DNA of 64,000 bases, from positions 8,353 through 72,352 of the forward strand of contig JAZDGU010000004.1 in NCBI GenBank assembly GCA_043806595.1, in the 5' to 3' direction. A program made the position numbers and the translations under genes. Below the pieces are notes generated by a model. The model was not told the origin of the DNA and ran no database searches. It saw nothing but the letters and a program-made list of their open reading frames with translations. The stretch is from Candidatus Micrarchaeota archaeon. GTDB lineage: Archaea; Micrarchaeota; Micrarchaeia; Norongarragalinales; SBBD01. Of this stretch, positions 26,797 to 36,406 are shown in pieces (position 1 is the stretch's first letter; each line of letters begins with the position of its first letter).

Positions 26797-26865
26797 TGGT
26801 CTGTTCTCCTAACGGAATATTTCGGGAAACCCGAATAAAAAGGGGCGCGATGGCAGGCGGGGGCA

Positions 26866-27561
26866 TCAGGCAAGGAAGTACAGCAGCGCCCACGTGAGCG
26901 CCAGCCCTGCGAAGAAATACAGCGGACGGCCCTTGCGCTTCTGCGGCAGGATGCCGCGGAGCACGGAATACAATATGACGCCGAGCATGAAGCTGAAGAT
27001 GATGAAGAAGTAATGAGGGTTCAGCTGGAGGTAGCCTGCGGCAAGCGCGCCCGCTATCGGGGCGGAGGCGAGCACGGCATTCCCGAACACGCCGGCGCTG
27101 AAATGCTCGAGGATGTGCGCCGTGGAGAGGCTGGAGGCGAGCATGTGCACCACGAACGGAATCAGCGCGAAGTAGGCCTTGGCAGGATCGACGGCCTGCA
27201 TGACGAACACGAGCGCGAAGCCCACGATGAAGCTGTCGGCGAACGAACCGAGGGCGTGCAGTTCGCCGAGTTCGCTTATCAGCTGCCTCCTGTTGGAAAC
27301 GTGCTGGTAGACGTACTTCTCGACGAGGTGGAATGCTGCCAGCCCGAGCAGCATCGCCGCGAACAGTTCCTTCTCCGCGGAAGGCGGGGCGCGCAACAGA
27401 ACCGGGAACAGCGCGAGGAAGAAATAGGAGAGGAACACGCCCGCGGAGAAGCTGACGACCTCGGAATGGTGGCGTTCGAGCCTGCGGGCTATGGGGACGC
27501 TGAAGAAGCGGAGCACTGCGAGAACCGTCACGAAAGCCAGCGCGAAGTCGGAGGCAAGCAT
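26866..27561 (-). CDS. ZIP family metal transporter
   Basis: 231 aa, about 8 TM segments, with ZIP His/Asp motifs (HxxxD and HALGSFADSFIVG). Confidence 0.7.
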   Translation of the reverse strand: MLASDFALAFVTVLAVLRFFSVPIARRLERHHSEVVSFSAGVFLSYFFLALFPVLLRAPPSAEKELFAAMLLGLAAFHLVEKYVYQHVSNRRQLISELGELHALGSFADSFIVGFALVFVMQAVDPAKAYFALIPFVVHMLASSLSTAHILEHFSAGVFGNAVLASAPIAGALAAGYLQLNPHYFFIIFSFMLGVILYSVLRGILPQKRKGRPLYFFAGLALTWALLYFLA

Positions 27562-27647
27562 GCAAGCGTAATGCCTGACGAATAGAAAAAGGTTGCTGCG
27601 GCGAGCAAAGCGAAAGCGTTTTTATTGGCACGCGATAAAGGGGGGTC

Positions 27648-29867
27648 ATGGTCGCCGTGGAGCAGCTGCCCATAATCGAGATAGGGGTCGTCATACTCAC
27701 GGCGCTGCTATCCGGCATACTCTTCTCCAGGCTCGGCCAGAGCTCGGCGATCGGCTACATCGCCGCGGGCTTGGTGCTCGGCCCGCTCGGGTTCAACATG
27801 CTCGCCGGCGAAGGCGTCGGCGTCGCCTCCCTGCTCGGCGAGATCGGCGTCACCATGCTGCTGTTCTACCTCGGGCTGGAGCTCAGCATGAGGAAATTCC
27901 AGGAGACCGGCGCGGTGGCGACGGTGCTCGCGTTCGTCGAGATGCTCTTCGCGTTCGTCGCCGGCTTCCTCATCGCGCGCTTCTTCGGGTTCTCGCAGAT
28001 AGAGGCGATGGTAATCGGCGCGATGCTGACTGCGACGAGCACCGTGATCACGGGCAAGTTCCTCATCGAGCGCGGCCTCATCAACACGCCGGAGGCGCGC
28101 GTCACCATCTCAGTGCTCATCCTCGAGGACTTCTTCGCGATACTCGTGCTCGTGTTCATCGCCATGCTGTCCCAGCAGCAGACCGTGAACCTGCCGGTGC
28201 TCAACGCGCTGTTCTTCGTCATCGCGATGTTCTTCGTCGTGAGCAAGGTCAGCAAGCACGTGCTCAACATCCTCAACAGCATCGGCAGGGAGGACCAGAT
28301 GTGGCTATACAGCATGGGCATCTTCCTCGTCGTCTCATACTTCGGGAGCGAGTACCTCGGCCTGAGTCCGGCAATCGGCGCGTATTTCGCGGGCTTCGCC
28401 CTCGCCGAAAGCGCCTACGGGGAGAAGATAAAGCGCGAGCTGGGGCTGTTCCGCGAGTTCTTCGTGCTGTTCTTCTTCGTGAGCTTCGGCGCAACGACGA
28501 CGTTCCCGTCGGACCCGATGCTCTATTGGCTCGTTGCCGCGCTTGCCGCGGGCTACGTGCTGGCCAAGCTCGTCGCGCACGGCATCACCGGCACCGCGAT
28601 AGGCATGGAGCTCAAGTCCGCGGTCACGGGCGGCATACTCATGAGCCCGCTCGGCGAGTTCGCAATAATCATCGCCATCGCCGCGAAGGGCATACTGCCG
28701 CATGCTTCCGACGTGCTCTCGGTCGCATTCCTGCTCACGATCTCGACGACGATAGCCTTGCCGATACTGTATGGCGGCAGGGAAAGGATCGCAGCAGTGT
28801 TCGAGAGGTTCTTCCCGATAAGGCTGCAGGAGCAGAGCCGCATCCTCCAGAGGGAGATGAACGCCGTGGACCGCATGGCGCGCGACGTCGCCGCGCAGAA
28901 CGAGTTCGTGCGCTCCCTCGGGAGGCTGTTCACGCAGCTGGTCATCGCGGTCTCCATCGTCTACCTCAGCTACCTCACGCAGGCCGAATTCTCGATCCCG
29001 TTCCTCGAGTTCCTGCCCGCGGGGCTTTCCCCGGGTCTGGTCATCCTGCCGCTCGTGGTGTGGCCCCTGTACAAGTTCATTGCCGAGCTCAAGCACCTGA
29101 CGCGGCAGGCCGCGCGCGGGCTCGTGTTCAACAGCTTTCGGCCGTCGAACGAGGTCGTCGAGGGCATCGAGCTCGACGCAGCCGACGTCTTCACGGGCAT
29201 AGTCCTCACGCTCTTCGGCGTGGGCTCGACGGCGTTCGTGTTCTACGCGTTCCCGGGCGAGTACATGTTCGTGCTCATCCCCGCTACCTACACGCTGCTC
29301 TCGCTCATGTACCTCAGCAAGTCGTTCTACGGGCTCATCGAGCAGTACGAGGCTATGGAGACGCAGATGGGCATAGAAGGAGAGAAGATACCGGACAAGA
29401 GGGTGGTCGAGCTGGCGAAGGAGTTCAACGAGCACGCCAAATACTTCCGGCAGCTCAACCTCGAGAGGCTGAAGGCGCACGAGGACGTCTCGGACGCGCT
29501 CAGGAGCGAGGACCTGCAGTCCGCAAAGCATTCGCTCATCAGCTTCAAGAAGAGGGAGACCAAGGCGCTCGTCAACCTCTTCGACTTCAAGGGGCTCGCG
29601 GGGTTCCCGCGGCTCAAGAAGCTCGTCGGCGAGGGGCTGGAGCGCAACAAGGAGTTCCACGGCGGCGTGCACGAGGCCAAGACGCGCGCGGCGTTCCAGA
29701 AATACCTCTCGCAGCACCTCAAGCCGCACCTCTTCGAGGCCCGGCCCTCCTCGCCGGAAGCCGGCTCGAGCCTGGATGCCGCGGCGCAGACGCTGATAGA
29801 GCGCGAGCTCGCCAAGAGCAGGCAGAAGCCCGGGAAGGCCGCCGGAAAGCTGAGGAAGCGCAACTGA
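27648..29867 (+). CDS. cation:proton antiporter (CPA2/Kef-type) with long C-terminal soluble domain
   Basis: 739 aa. N-terminal approximately 400-aa Na+/H+ exchanger membrane domain (GYIAAGLVLGP, LFYLGLEL). C-terminal charged helical region. The 817-aa ORF in another frame is an Arg-rich artefact. Confidence 0.8.
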   Translation: MVAVEQLPIIEIGVVILTALLSGILFSRLGQSSAIGYIAAGLVLGPLGFNMLAGEGVGVASLLGEIGVTMLLFYLGLELSMRKFQETGAVATVLAFVEMLFAFVAGFLIARFFGFSQIEAMVIGAMLTATSTVITGKFLIERGLINTPEARVTISVLILEDFFAILVLVFIAMLSQQQTVNLPVLNALFFVIAMFFVVSKVSKHVLNILNSIGREDQMWLYSMGIFLVVSYFGSEYLGLSPAIGAYFAGFALAESAYGEKIKRELGLFREFFVLFFFVSFGATTTFPSDPMLYWLVAALAAGYVLAKLVAHGITGTAIGMELKSAVTGGILMSPLGEFAIIIAIAAKGILPHASDVLSVAFLLTISTTIALPILYGGRERIAAVFERFFPIRLQEQSRILQREMNAVDRMARDVAAQNEFVRSLGRLFTQLVIAVSIVYLSYLTQAEFSIPFLEFLPAGLSPGLVILPLVVWPLYKFIAELKHLTRQAARGLVFNSFRPSNEVVEGIELDAADVFTGIVLTLFGVGSTAFVFYAFPGEYMFVLIPATYTLLSLMYLSKSFYGLIEQYEAMETQMGIEGEKIPDKRVVELAKEFNEHAKYFRQLNLERLKAHEDVSDALRSEDLQSAKHSLISFKKRETKALVNLFDFKGLAGFPRLKKLVGEGLERNKEFHGGVHEAKTRAAFQKYLSQHLKPHLFEARPSSPEAGSSLDAAAQTLIERELAKSRQKPGKAAGKLRKRN

Positions 29868-30140
29868 ACGTTGCCCGCGGCAGCTGCGGGAACAACATGA
29901 AGCCCCCGCAGCCTTCATCGCCCGGCAAACAAATCCCTCAAGACCGGCGACGCAGCTGCGACGCCGTCGAAATAGGCATAAAAACTCGCGCGGCATCTCA
30001 ATTGGCATGGAACCGGAGAACCGGAAGCGCCGAGGTGGCGCGATAGTTGGAATCGTCCACGACCCGCCCTGGGCCGGGCTAATGTTCAGAAGGAAGACCA
30101 TGCAGTCGCTTAGGCGAACTATATCCGAATACCCCCCCCC

Positions 30141-30830
30141 ATGGAGCAGGGTTTCAACGCCGCAGTGAAAGCCATGCGCAAGCTGCGCCCGGGGCAGACG
30201 GTGATGATAGAGGGAACGCACACCCCTGGCGCGCACATCTTCCGCCTGCTTGCCGACACCGCGCGGGCAAGGGGGCTCAAGGTGAAGGGCTTCCATCCGG
30301 AACGCGCGCTTGACGCCCGAGCGAGAGCGCTCGCGAAAGTGATTGACGCGGAAAAATCCCGGCAAAGCATGCCAGAAATTTTCCAGTTGGCCAATCGCGA
30401 CATAACCGACGCGGCGCTGGAGTCGATAGACGCGGCCACGCGCGCCAAGAAGCGCAGTGCGGCGCGAGAACACGGAAGGCCCAGCCTAGCGTGGATGAGC
30501 GAAAACGAAGCCGAAAAGCTCATACTCCTCGATTACGAGGTTATGACTGACTTCCTGGTGATGAGGGCCATGCGCTTCCGGCCGGCTCTGATCATCGTGG
30601 GGGGGCAGCATGCCATGGACGCCCATCCTTATCTAATGAAAGCGGGCTATTCAAACCTGACACCGCGCGGAATCCGCCGCATATACGCCGAAGTCCTACG
30701 CGTCAGGCGCGAAACCCATCCGGCGTATGAAAAAATGCGGGAGAAATTCGTCACCCACCGGAGGAAACTGCTGCAGCGCGCCTTACCGCAGCCGGAGACT
30801 GCGGGAAAAAAGGCCGGCAAGCGCAAATAA
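30141..30830 (+). CDS. hypothetical protein
   Basis: 229-aa ORF with balanced composition. Immediately upstream of the PriL-like gene. No domain recognised. Confidence 0.45.
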   Translation: MEQGFNAAVKAMRKLRPGQTVMIEGTHTPGAHIFRLLADTARARGLKVKGFHPERALDARARALAKVIDAEKSRQSMPEIFQLANRDITDAALESIDAATRAKKRSAAREHGRPSLAWMSENEAEKLILLDYEVMTDFLVMRAMRFRPALIIVGGQHAMDAHPYLMKAGYSNLTPRGIRRIYAEVLRVRRETHPAYEKMREKFVTHRRKLLQRALPQPETAGKKAGKRK

Positions 30831-30863
30831 ATAGCTTGCCGGCGAGAATAATCCAGGAGGCTA

Positions 30864-31790
30864 GTGGTGCCAATGGAGCTCTGGGAGAGATACCCGTTCC
30901 TGTCCGAGGCGAGGCGCAGGCTCAAGCAGGAGGGAGTCGAATCAGTCACCGGCGAGGAAGTGGAGAGCGCCGAGAGGCAGGTGCTCGAGACTCTGCAGGG
31001 CGGGCCGCGCCCGCCGAAAGACGCCAAGGGATACGTACTTGCGAGGCTCCTGCTCGCGGCCGGCGGGGACTCGAACGCGATGCAGAGGTACGGCGAGGCC
31101 GAGGCCCGGAGGTACATGCTGCAAATTGAAACCGCCGGCGTGCAGGAGTATGAAGCAGTGGCGAAGGACTTCTTCCCCGGACTGCAGACGGACGCGCAAG
31201 GCGGGGGGTATTCCATCGCATTGCTAGACTACCTTTCCGCCGGCACGACGCTAGCCGACGAGGCAGTAGAGGAAGGCAGGGTGCACGTCGGCAGGACCGC
31301 GCTCTCGCGGCTGCTGGCGCAAGCCATCGCGCAGAGGATAACGCAAGTGCGCGCGGACGCGAAGGCGCTGCCCAAGGAAATCCGAGACGCCGGCAGGAGG
31401 CTCTCCGCGGCGCTGCCTAGGCCCGCAGTGTCCCTGCAGACCTATGCCGGCAAGTACCTCGGGCTGCCGGCCGTGCAGGCGCTGCTGCAGGGCGTCGGCG
31501 AGGGCAAGCGGTATTACGCGTCGGTGACGGTAGCCATCGCATGCCTCAAGGACGGGCTGCAGCGCGAGCAGGCTGCTGAAGTCATGCGGACATTCGCGAA
31601 GAACTGCAGGAGGAGCACGCACGACTTCACGGAAAAGGAGGCGCTTGCCAGCATGGAATGGGTCTACAAGCACCCGACGATAAACTTCTCCGTGAAGACT
31701 CTGCGCGACCAGCAGATCGTCGACGAGCAGTCGCTGGCGAAGACCGCGGAGATGCTCCGGCGGAGAAGAAAAACTATCCGAAAGGCCTAA
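30864..31790 (+). CDS. possible DNA primase large subunit PriL-like protein (Fe-S cysteines absent)
   Basis: 308 aa, N-terminal WERYPFLSEARRRLKQEG resembles the archaeal PriL N-terminus (YPF motif). Only 2 Cys, so the canonical 4-Cys cluster is not present. Confidence 0.4.
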   Translation: MVPMELWERYPFLSEARRRLKQEGVESVTGEEVESAERQVLETLQGGPRPPKDAKGYVLARLLLAAGGDSNAMQRYGEAEARRYMLQIETAGVQEYEAVAKDFFPGLQTDAQGGGYSIALLDYLSAGTTLADEAVEEGRVHVGRTALSRLLAQAIAQRITQVRADAKALPKEIRDAGRRLSAALPRPAVSLQTYAGKYLGLPAVQALLQGVGEGKRYYASVTVAIACLKDGLQREQAAEVMRTFAKNCRRSTHDFTEKEALASMEWVYKHPTINFSVKTLRDQQIVDEQSLAKTAEMLRRRRKTIRKA

Positions 31791-31806
31791 AACCCGTCGT
31801 CGGGGT

Positions 31807-32115
31807 TTAAGCCTTGCCGTTTGAGTCGGCTCCGTCGGCCAAGACGATGACTCCACTGCCGGCGCCGTTTAGAGCAACCTTCCAGCTGCCGTCGGAAGGG
31901 TCGCTTGTTGCCTGCAGTTCGTGCATGATCCATTGCGTGTCGTCGTCCGGGTCCGTTACGGAAATCTTGAAGCCCTCGTCTTCGCCACCGATGAAAGTCT
32001 TGCCGCCTCCGAGTTCGTCGCCGGAGTCTGACGGCCTTGCATGGGTAACAACGAACGCCGAAACGCTTACGGTCATGACGGCCAGCAGGCCGATTGCCAC
32101 AATGAGCCTATTCAT
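31807..32115 (-). CDS. small secreted protein
   Basis: 102 aa, signal peptide MNRLIVAIGLLAVMTVSVSA, Asp/Gly-rich mature part. Confidence 0.5.
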   Translation of the reverse strand: MNRLIVAIGLLAVMTVSVSAFVVTHARPSDSGDELGGGKTFIGGEDEGFKISVTDPDDDTQWIMHELQATSDPSDGSWKVALNGAGSGVIVLADGADSNGKA

Positions 32116-32221
32116 GCAATCACCTGCAAGGCGTTCCGTTCCCCCTCAATAAAAAGCATTCGGTTGGGAGAAACGCGCCGGGACGGCGCACCGGAAACGC
32201 GGCCGCGGAAGGAATAAAAAC

Positions 32222-32256
32222 TTTAGTGTAAAAAGTGTTAAAGGTGTTAAACGTGT
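32222..32256 (+). promoter_or_regulatory. three tandem approximately 9-bp repeats (AGTGTAAAA / AGTGTTAAA / GGTGTTAAA) overlapping the start of the vapB-like gene
   Basis: Visible tandem GTGTTAAA units immediately before or over the GTG start codons. Candidate autoregulatory operator. Confidence 0.35.
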
Positions 32257-32519
32257 CCGAATCGGGGCTGATTACGAAGAAGGTGCCGCGCAGGATCGTG
32301 CCGAAGATCCGCAGGCTGCAGGCCAACTACATGCTGAGGCACCGCAGACGGATTTCCGAGGCGGAAATCATCGAGAAGGGGGTCGAGAAACTCACGGAAG
32401 ACGACCTGATGGAAACCGGAAAGAAAAGCGCCAGATGGGAGGACTTTTTCGGAATGGACAAGTCAAGGACAAAAGGAGATTCGCGCACCGATGTTGACAA
32501 GGTAGTTTACGGGATTTGA
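32235..32519 (+). CDS. vapB: VapB-like antitoxin
   Basis: 94 aa, GTG start (alternative GTGs at 32244 and 32253). KKVPRRIVPKIRRL DNA-binding-like N-terminus. 3-nt gap to vapC. Confidence 0.5.
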   Translation: MLKVLNVSESGLITKKVPRRIVPKIRRLQANYMLRHRRRISEAEIIEKGVEKLTEDDLMETGKKSARWEDFFGMDKSRTKGDSRTDVDKVVYGI

Positions 32520-32522
32520 GCC

Positions 32523-32921
32523 ATGATTTTCGTCGACACGAGCATTTTCATAGCCGCGGCGCGCGCCAACGACCCATCCCACGCCCAAGGCTTGGCGCTC
32601 ATACAACGCGCAAAAAGGGAGGGGGAGACCCTCATCACTTCCGACCATGTGCTTGACGAGACTGTGACATACCTGCAGGCAAAGGGAGGGAAGGAGAGGG
32701 CAAGCGAGGCTGGCAGGCAGATGCTGCGCCTGGAGAAGCTTCAAATGGAATACAATTCTCCCCCGCGCACGGACGCCGCCCTGAGGATCGTGGGAAAAAT
32801 CGACGGGATGAGTTTCTGCGACGCCTTGAGCATCGTCGTCATGCAGGAACTCGGAATCAGGACCATCTACTCTTTCGACTCCGACTTCGACAAAATCGCC
32901 GGGATAAGGAGAATCGAATAG
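32523..32921 (+). CDS. vapC: VapC PIN-domain ribonuclease toxin
   Basis: 132 aa. MIFVDTSIFIAA ... ITSDHVLDET ... SFCDA ... YSFDSDF gives the classic PIN acidic quartet. Confidence 0.8.
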   Translation: MIFVDTSIFIAAARANDPSHAQGLALIQRAKREGETLITSDHVLDETVTYLQAKGGKERASEAGRQMLRLEKLQMEYNSPPRTDAALRIVGKIDGMSFCDALSIVVMQELGIRTIYSFDSDFDKIAGIRRIE

Positions 32922-32993
32922 CGAGCGCACGACCGGAGCCGCCGGCAAGGGTTTAATAGCGTTCGCGGGCACAATGGGGGGAAGTGATCGTAC

Positions 32994-33359
32994 ATGGCAG
33001 AAGACGAGGAAATCAAGAGCGACGTGCGCGACTTCCAGAGCCTGCAGCAGCAGCTGCAGATAATCGGCATGCAGAAGCAGCAGGTCTCCGCGCAGAAGCA
33101 GGAAATCGGGAAGGCGATTGAGGAGGTCACGAAGCTCAAGTCGGAAGGCAAGGTGTTCCGCCTGGTGGGAAGCGTGTTCGTGCCCAAGCAGAAGGACACG
33201 CTCGAGAAAGAGCTAAAAGGGGAGGCACAGACGCTGGAAGACCGTAAGGCGACGCTGGAGAGGCAGGAGACGAGGCTTGCCGAGCGCATGGAGGTCTTCC
33301 GCAAGAAATTCGAGGCCCTCGAGAAGGGCGAACGCGCCACGGCTAAGCCAGCAAAATAG
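32994..33359 (+). CDS. pfdB: prefoldin beta subunit
   Basis: 121 aa coiled-coil/beta-hairpin/coiled-coil (QQLQIIGMQKQQV ... VFRLVGSVFVP ... LEKELK). Confidence 0.8.
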   Translation: MAEDEEIKSDVRDFQSLQQQLQIIGMQKQQVSAQKQEIGKAIEEVTKLKSEGKVFRLVGSVFVPKQKDTLEKELKGEAQTLEDRKATLERQETRLAERMEVFRKKFEALEKGERATAKPAK

Positions 33360-33627
33360 CCCTACGGCAGCCGACGAATAGACTTTTGACGTTAGCCGAA
33401 GCGCAAGCAATAAATAGCACCCAATCGAACAAATAACTGCACTCGAATAGAGCATTGAGTGGTGAGAGAGAAAATAGGCGTTTTTCCGTCTAATAGCACA
33501 AGGATTTGCCTCCTTTTGGTCAAACAGCCTCTTCCTCTCCCAACCACTCCGAAATCATGAGCTCCAGCGCCAAACGTCCAAAGTTCCTACTGCCGGCGCG
33601 ATGAAAACGGACAAACGTTGGGAGAGG

Positions 33628-34398
33628 TCAGACGCGCTTCTTGCCTGCGGCCTTGACTGCGGCGCGCACGTCGCGGATTTTCTTGCGCACGTCACCCTCC
33701 TCGAAGGCCGTGCCTATCTGGATGCCGTCGGCACCTGCCGCGATGATGTCGCCGGCCTGCACGGGAGTGCGCGCTCCGCCGGCGTAGAAGTAGAACATCT
33801 CCTTCGCGCACGCCTTCGCGACCGCGCTCACCAGCTCGACTGGCGCGGGCTCGGCGGCTCCGCTGCCGACGTCCGTTATGAGCACGTGCGAGCCGCTGAA
33901 CTTCGCGGCAAGCGCGCACGAATAGGCGAGGTCGGGCCGGTCTCGGGGCACTATGTTCGCGTTGCCTATCCAGCCGACGGTGCGGCCGGGCTCGAGCACG
34001 AGGTAGCTCGTGGGAATGGCCTCGATCTTCATCCTCTGGACAACGGGCGCGGCCTGTATCTGCGCCGTGGAAAGCCAGTAGACGTCCCTGCTGTTCATCA
34101 TGTGCATGAAGTAGATTGCGTCGGCGTAGTGCGAGAGACCCGAGATGTTGCCCGGAAAAAGCACGACGGGGATGCTCACCTCCTCCTTGATCATCTTGAC
34201 GGTGTCGTCGAGGACCGAGCCCTGCGCGCCGATGCTTCCGCCGATGAGGATGACGTCGCTGCCCTCGTCGAAGGCGACCTTCGCTATCTGCACGCCGCGC
34301 TCGAGGTAGCTCTTGTCGGGGTCGATGAGCGAGAACAGCATGGCTCCCTCGGACTCCAGCTTTTCGGCGTAATATTTCTCTATCCTACCCGGATGCAT
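33628..34398 (-). CDS. geranylgeranylglyceryl phosphate synthase
   Basis: 256 aa PcrB/GGGPS family (LIDPDK ... ILIGGS ... FPGN ... GGARTP TIM-barrel motifs). Confidence 0.85.
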   Translation of the reverse strand: MHPGRIEKYYAEKLESEGAMLFSLIDPDKSYLERGVQIAKVAFDEGSDVILIGGSIGAQGSVLDDTVKMIKEEVSIPVVLFPGNISGLSHYADAIYFMHMMNSRDVYWLSTAQIQAAPVVQRMKIEAIPTSYLVLEPGRTVGWIGNANIVPRDRPDLAYSCALAAKFSGSHVLITDVGSGAAEPAPVELVSAVAKACAKEMFYFYAGGARTPVQAGDIIAAGADGIQIGTAFEEGDVRKKIRDVRAAVKAAGKKRV

Positions 34399-34486
34399 GG
34401 CAACACACCCTTTCCACGCGCTATTTTGCCGCGGCGGCTTTAAAAGAGGTTGCCCTGAAAGGCCTTCTGGCCCGCCTGCCCCGGTG

Positions 34487-35413
34487 CTATTTCCGCAGGC
34501 GGCTTATCTTCTCGCGCAGTCTGGCAAGGCTCTCGTCGCTCAGAAGCCGGAGCAGCTCCGCCGAGGGCGTCATCTCAAACATGACATAGGCCTCCTTGCT
34601 GGCTTTGCGCTCCCGCACCGCAAAGCCTGCGTCCGAGAAAAACGAGTGCGCCGAATCCCTGTCCTTCGAATGCACTTCGAACAACAGTTTTTCGGGAAGG
34701 GAACCGCCGGGCCATTTCCCATTATAATAAATCGAATAGACCAGCCCCGCGTAGTCTACAGCCCGGTCTTCGCGGGCATGAGTTTTCCAGAGGGCAATCA
34801 AGTTCATGATGCTGGCCCGAATTTTTTCCGCAGGCAGAATGCCCGCGCGTTTTTCCTGCTGGCCGTGCATGGCCGCAAAATATGAGCGCATATGGCTTTC
34901 CAGCCGCTCTTCGAGGGGAGGGGCCGCTCCCCCCCAGAACACAGCAGGAGCAGTGTGATGCTCGGAGACCGGAATGCGCTGGCCTTTCGCTTCAAGCGCC
35001 CCGATTATCACGGACCTCCGTAACCCATGGCCCCTGAAGAACTCCGCGATTATTCCTTCTGCTCGTTCTGGCGGAAGGCTCCTGTGCTGAAGCAGGCGCC
35101 GGGATGCCTCGACGGCACGGTAAAGGTTGAGCTTCACCGCCGCCCTGGCCGCCGCCTGGGTAGACAGGCCTTCGAGTCCAACAAAACGCGCGGTTTCGGG
35201 GTAACGACTGGATGAAGCCAAAAACCGTTCCGTTTCCTCGTCGAAGATAAGCGGGCTCCTTCTGATGCGTCGGTGCTGGCCTAGGCTTAAAAGGAGGCGG
35301 TCGTGGGCTTCCGAAAAACGGCGCTCGGCGGGATTCCGCAATTCACGGGGCCTCTCGAAGGCCGCCTGGAGCGGGTTGTGTTCGCGAAAGGGGGGCTTCC
35401 TCATGAAGGACAC
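34487..35413 (-). CDS. hypothetical protein
   Basis: 308-aa ORF with non-repetitive composition. No domain recognised. Confidence 0.4.
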   Translation of the reverse strand: MSFMRKPPFREHNPLQAAFERPRELRNPAERRFSEAHDRLLLSLGQHRRIRRSPLIFDEETERFLASSSRYPETARFVGLEGLSTQAAARAAVKLNLYRAVEASRRLLQHRSLPPERAEGIIAEFFRGHGLRRSVIIGALEAKGQRIPVSEHHTAPAVFWGGAAPPLEERLESHMRSYFAAMHGQQEKRAGILPAEKIRASIMNLIALWKTHAREDRAVDYAGLVYSIYYNGKWPGGSLPEKLLFEVHSKDRDSAHSFFSDAGFAVRERKASKEAYVMFEMTPSAELLRLLSDESLARLREKISRLRK

Positions 35414-35539
35414 CGAGGCAAGGTCATGGCGAAATAAACTTCAATAATACCCTTAAAAATGGAGGTTAAAAAGGAGGCTGCCTGGGGGGCGGCAGCGGGA
35501 GAAAAGACATTTATTAACCCGGCAATGCACTTGACGGTA

Positions 35540-36406
35540 ATGCACAACGCGGCGCGCGGCCAGGCCGCGCTGGAGTACGTCATACTGCTCGCAGGCATAC
35601 TCCTCATCATCTTCCTCACCATAGCGGTCATGCAGGCGCTGCAGGGGCGCTCAAAAGCTCAGATTGAGGAGAGCGTGGGGACGTGGAAAACGTTCGTCTG
35701 CCTCTCCAAGTACCTCGCCGAACCCGACAGCACGCTGCTCGCATACAAGCTCGACGGCCTGCAGGGCGGGACAACGCCGGACTCCAGCGCCAAGCACAAC
35801 GACGGCATCCTCAAGGGCGGCCTTCCCACGCTCGACTCGGCGAACTGCAAGTTCCCGCCGTGCCTTCACTTCGGCGCAGCCCCGGGCCACGTCGAGAGCA
35901 GCAAGCCCATCGAGGGCGTGGGGAGCATGACGTTTCTGGCTTGGATAAGATTCGACGACAGCGGGGACGGCAGCCAGCCCGTCATAGCGGCCATCGCCAA
36001 CTCGTTCGACCTCTCGTTCACGCAAGTCGATTACATAGTCTGGTCGATGGACGACCCTCCCCCGCCGGCCATGGAAGCCGCGTTCCACTTCTCGGTCTGG
36101 ACCGGCCTCTTCAACCCCGTAATAGTGGATCCGGAGGACATGACCCTCGAGGGATACCACCACATCGCCGCGACGTACAACGAAACCACAGGCACGGCGA
36201 ACGTCTACATCGACGGCAGGCTCAATGCCACTGTAAGCGGCCCTGCGAACAAGCCGATGTGGCACTCCAATCTGCCGCTGTCAGTGGGCAACAAGCAGAA
36301 CGACGCGTCACAGGCGTTCAAGGGCAACATCGACCAGGTCGAGTTCTACAGCAGGGAGCTGACCGCGGAGGAAATCATGCAGGAGATAAGGTGCCAGCCC
36401 GCCTGA
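35540..36406 (+). CDS. class III signal peptide (pilin-like) protein with LamG/concanavalin-like lectin domain
   Basis: N-terminus MHNAARGQAALEYVILLAGILLIIFLTIAV is prepilin-like. C-terminal FKGNIDQVEFYSRELTAEEI matches the Laminin_G_3 signature. TATA TTTATTAA about 25 nt upstream suggests a leaderless start (35525 is an alternative). Confidence 0.65.
   Translation: MHNAARGQAALEYVILLAGILLIIFLTIAVMQALQGRSKAQIEESVGTWKTFVCLSKYLAEPDSTLLAYKLDGLQGGTTPDSSAKHNDGILKGGLPTLDSANCKFPPCLHFGAAPGHVESSKPIEGVGSMTFLAWIRFDDSGDGSQPVIAAIANSFDLSFTQVDYIVWSMDDPPPPAMEAAFHFSVWTGLFNPVIVDPEDMTLEGYHHIAATYNETTGTANVYIDGRLNATVSGPANKPMWHSNLPLSVGNKQNDASQAFKGNIDQVEFYSRELTAEEIMQEIRCQPA

Noticed and set aside
27593-30046. 817-aa ORF in an alternate plus frame, and 712-aa minus ORF (28335..30473)
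   Set aside because: They overlap the well-supported CPA2 antiporter gene. Extreme Arg/His/Gly content, no domains.
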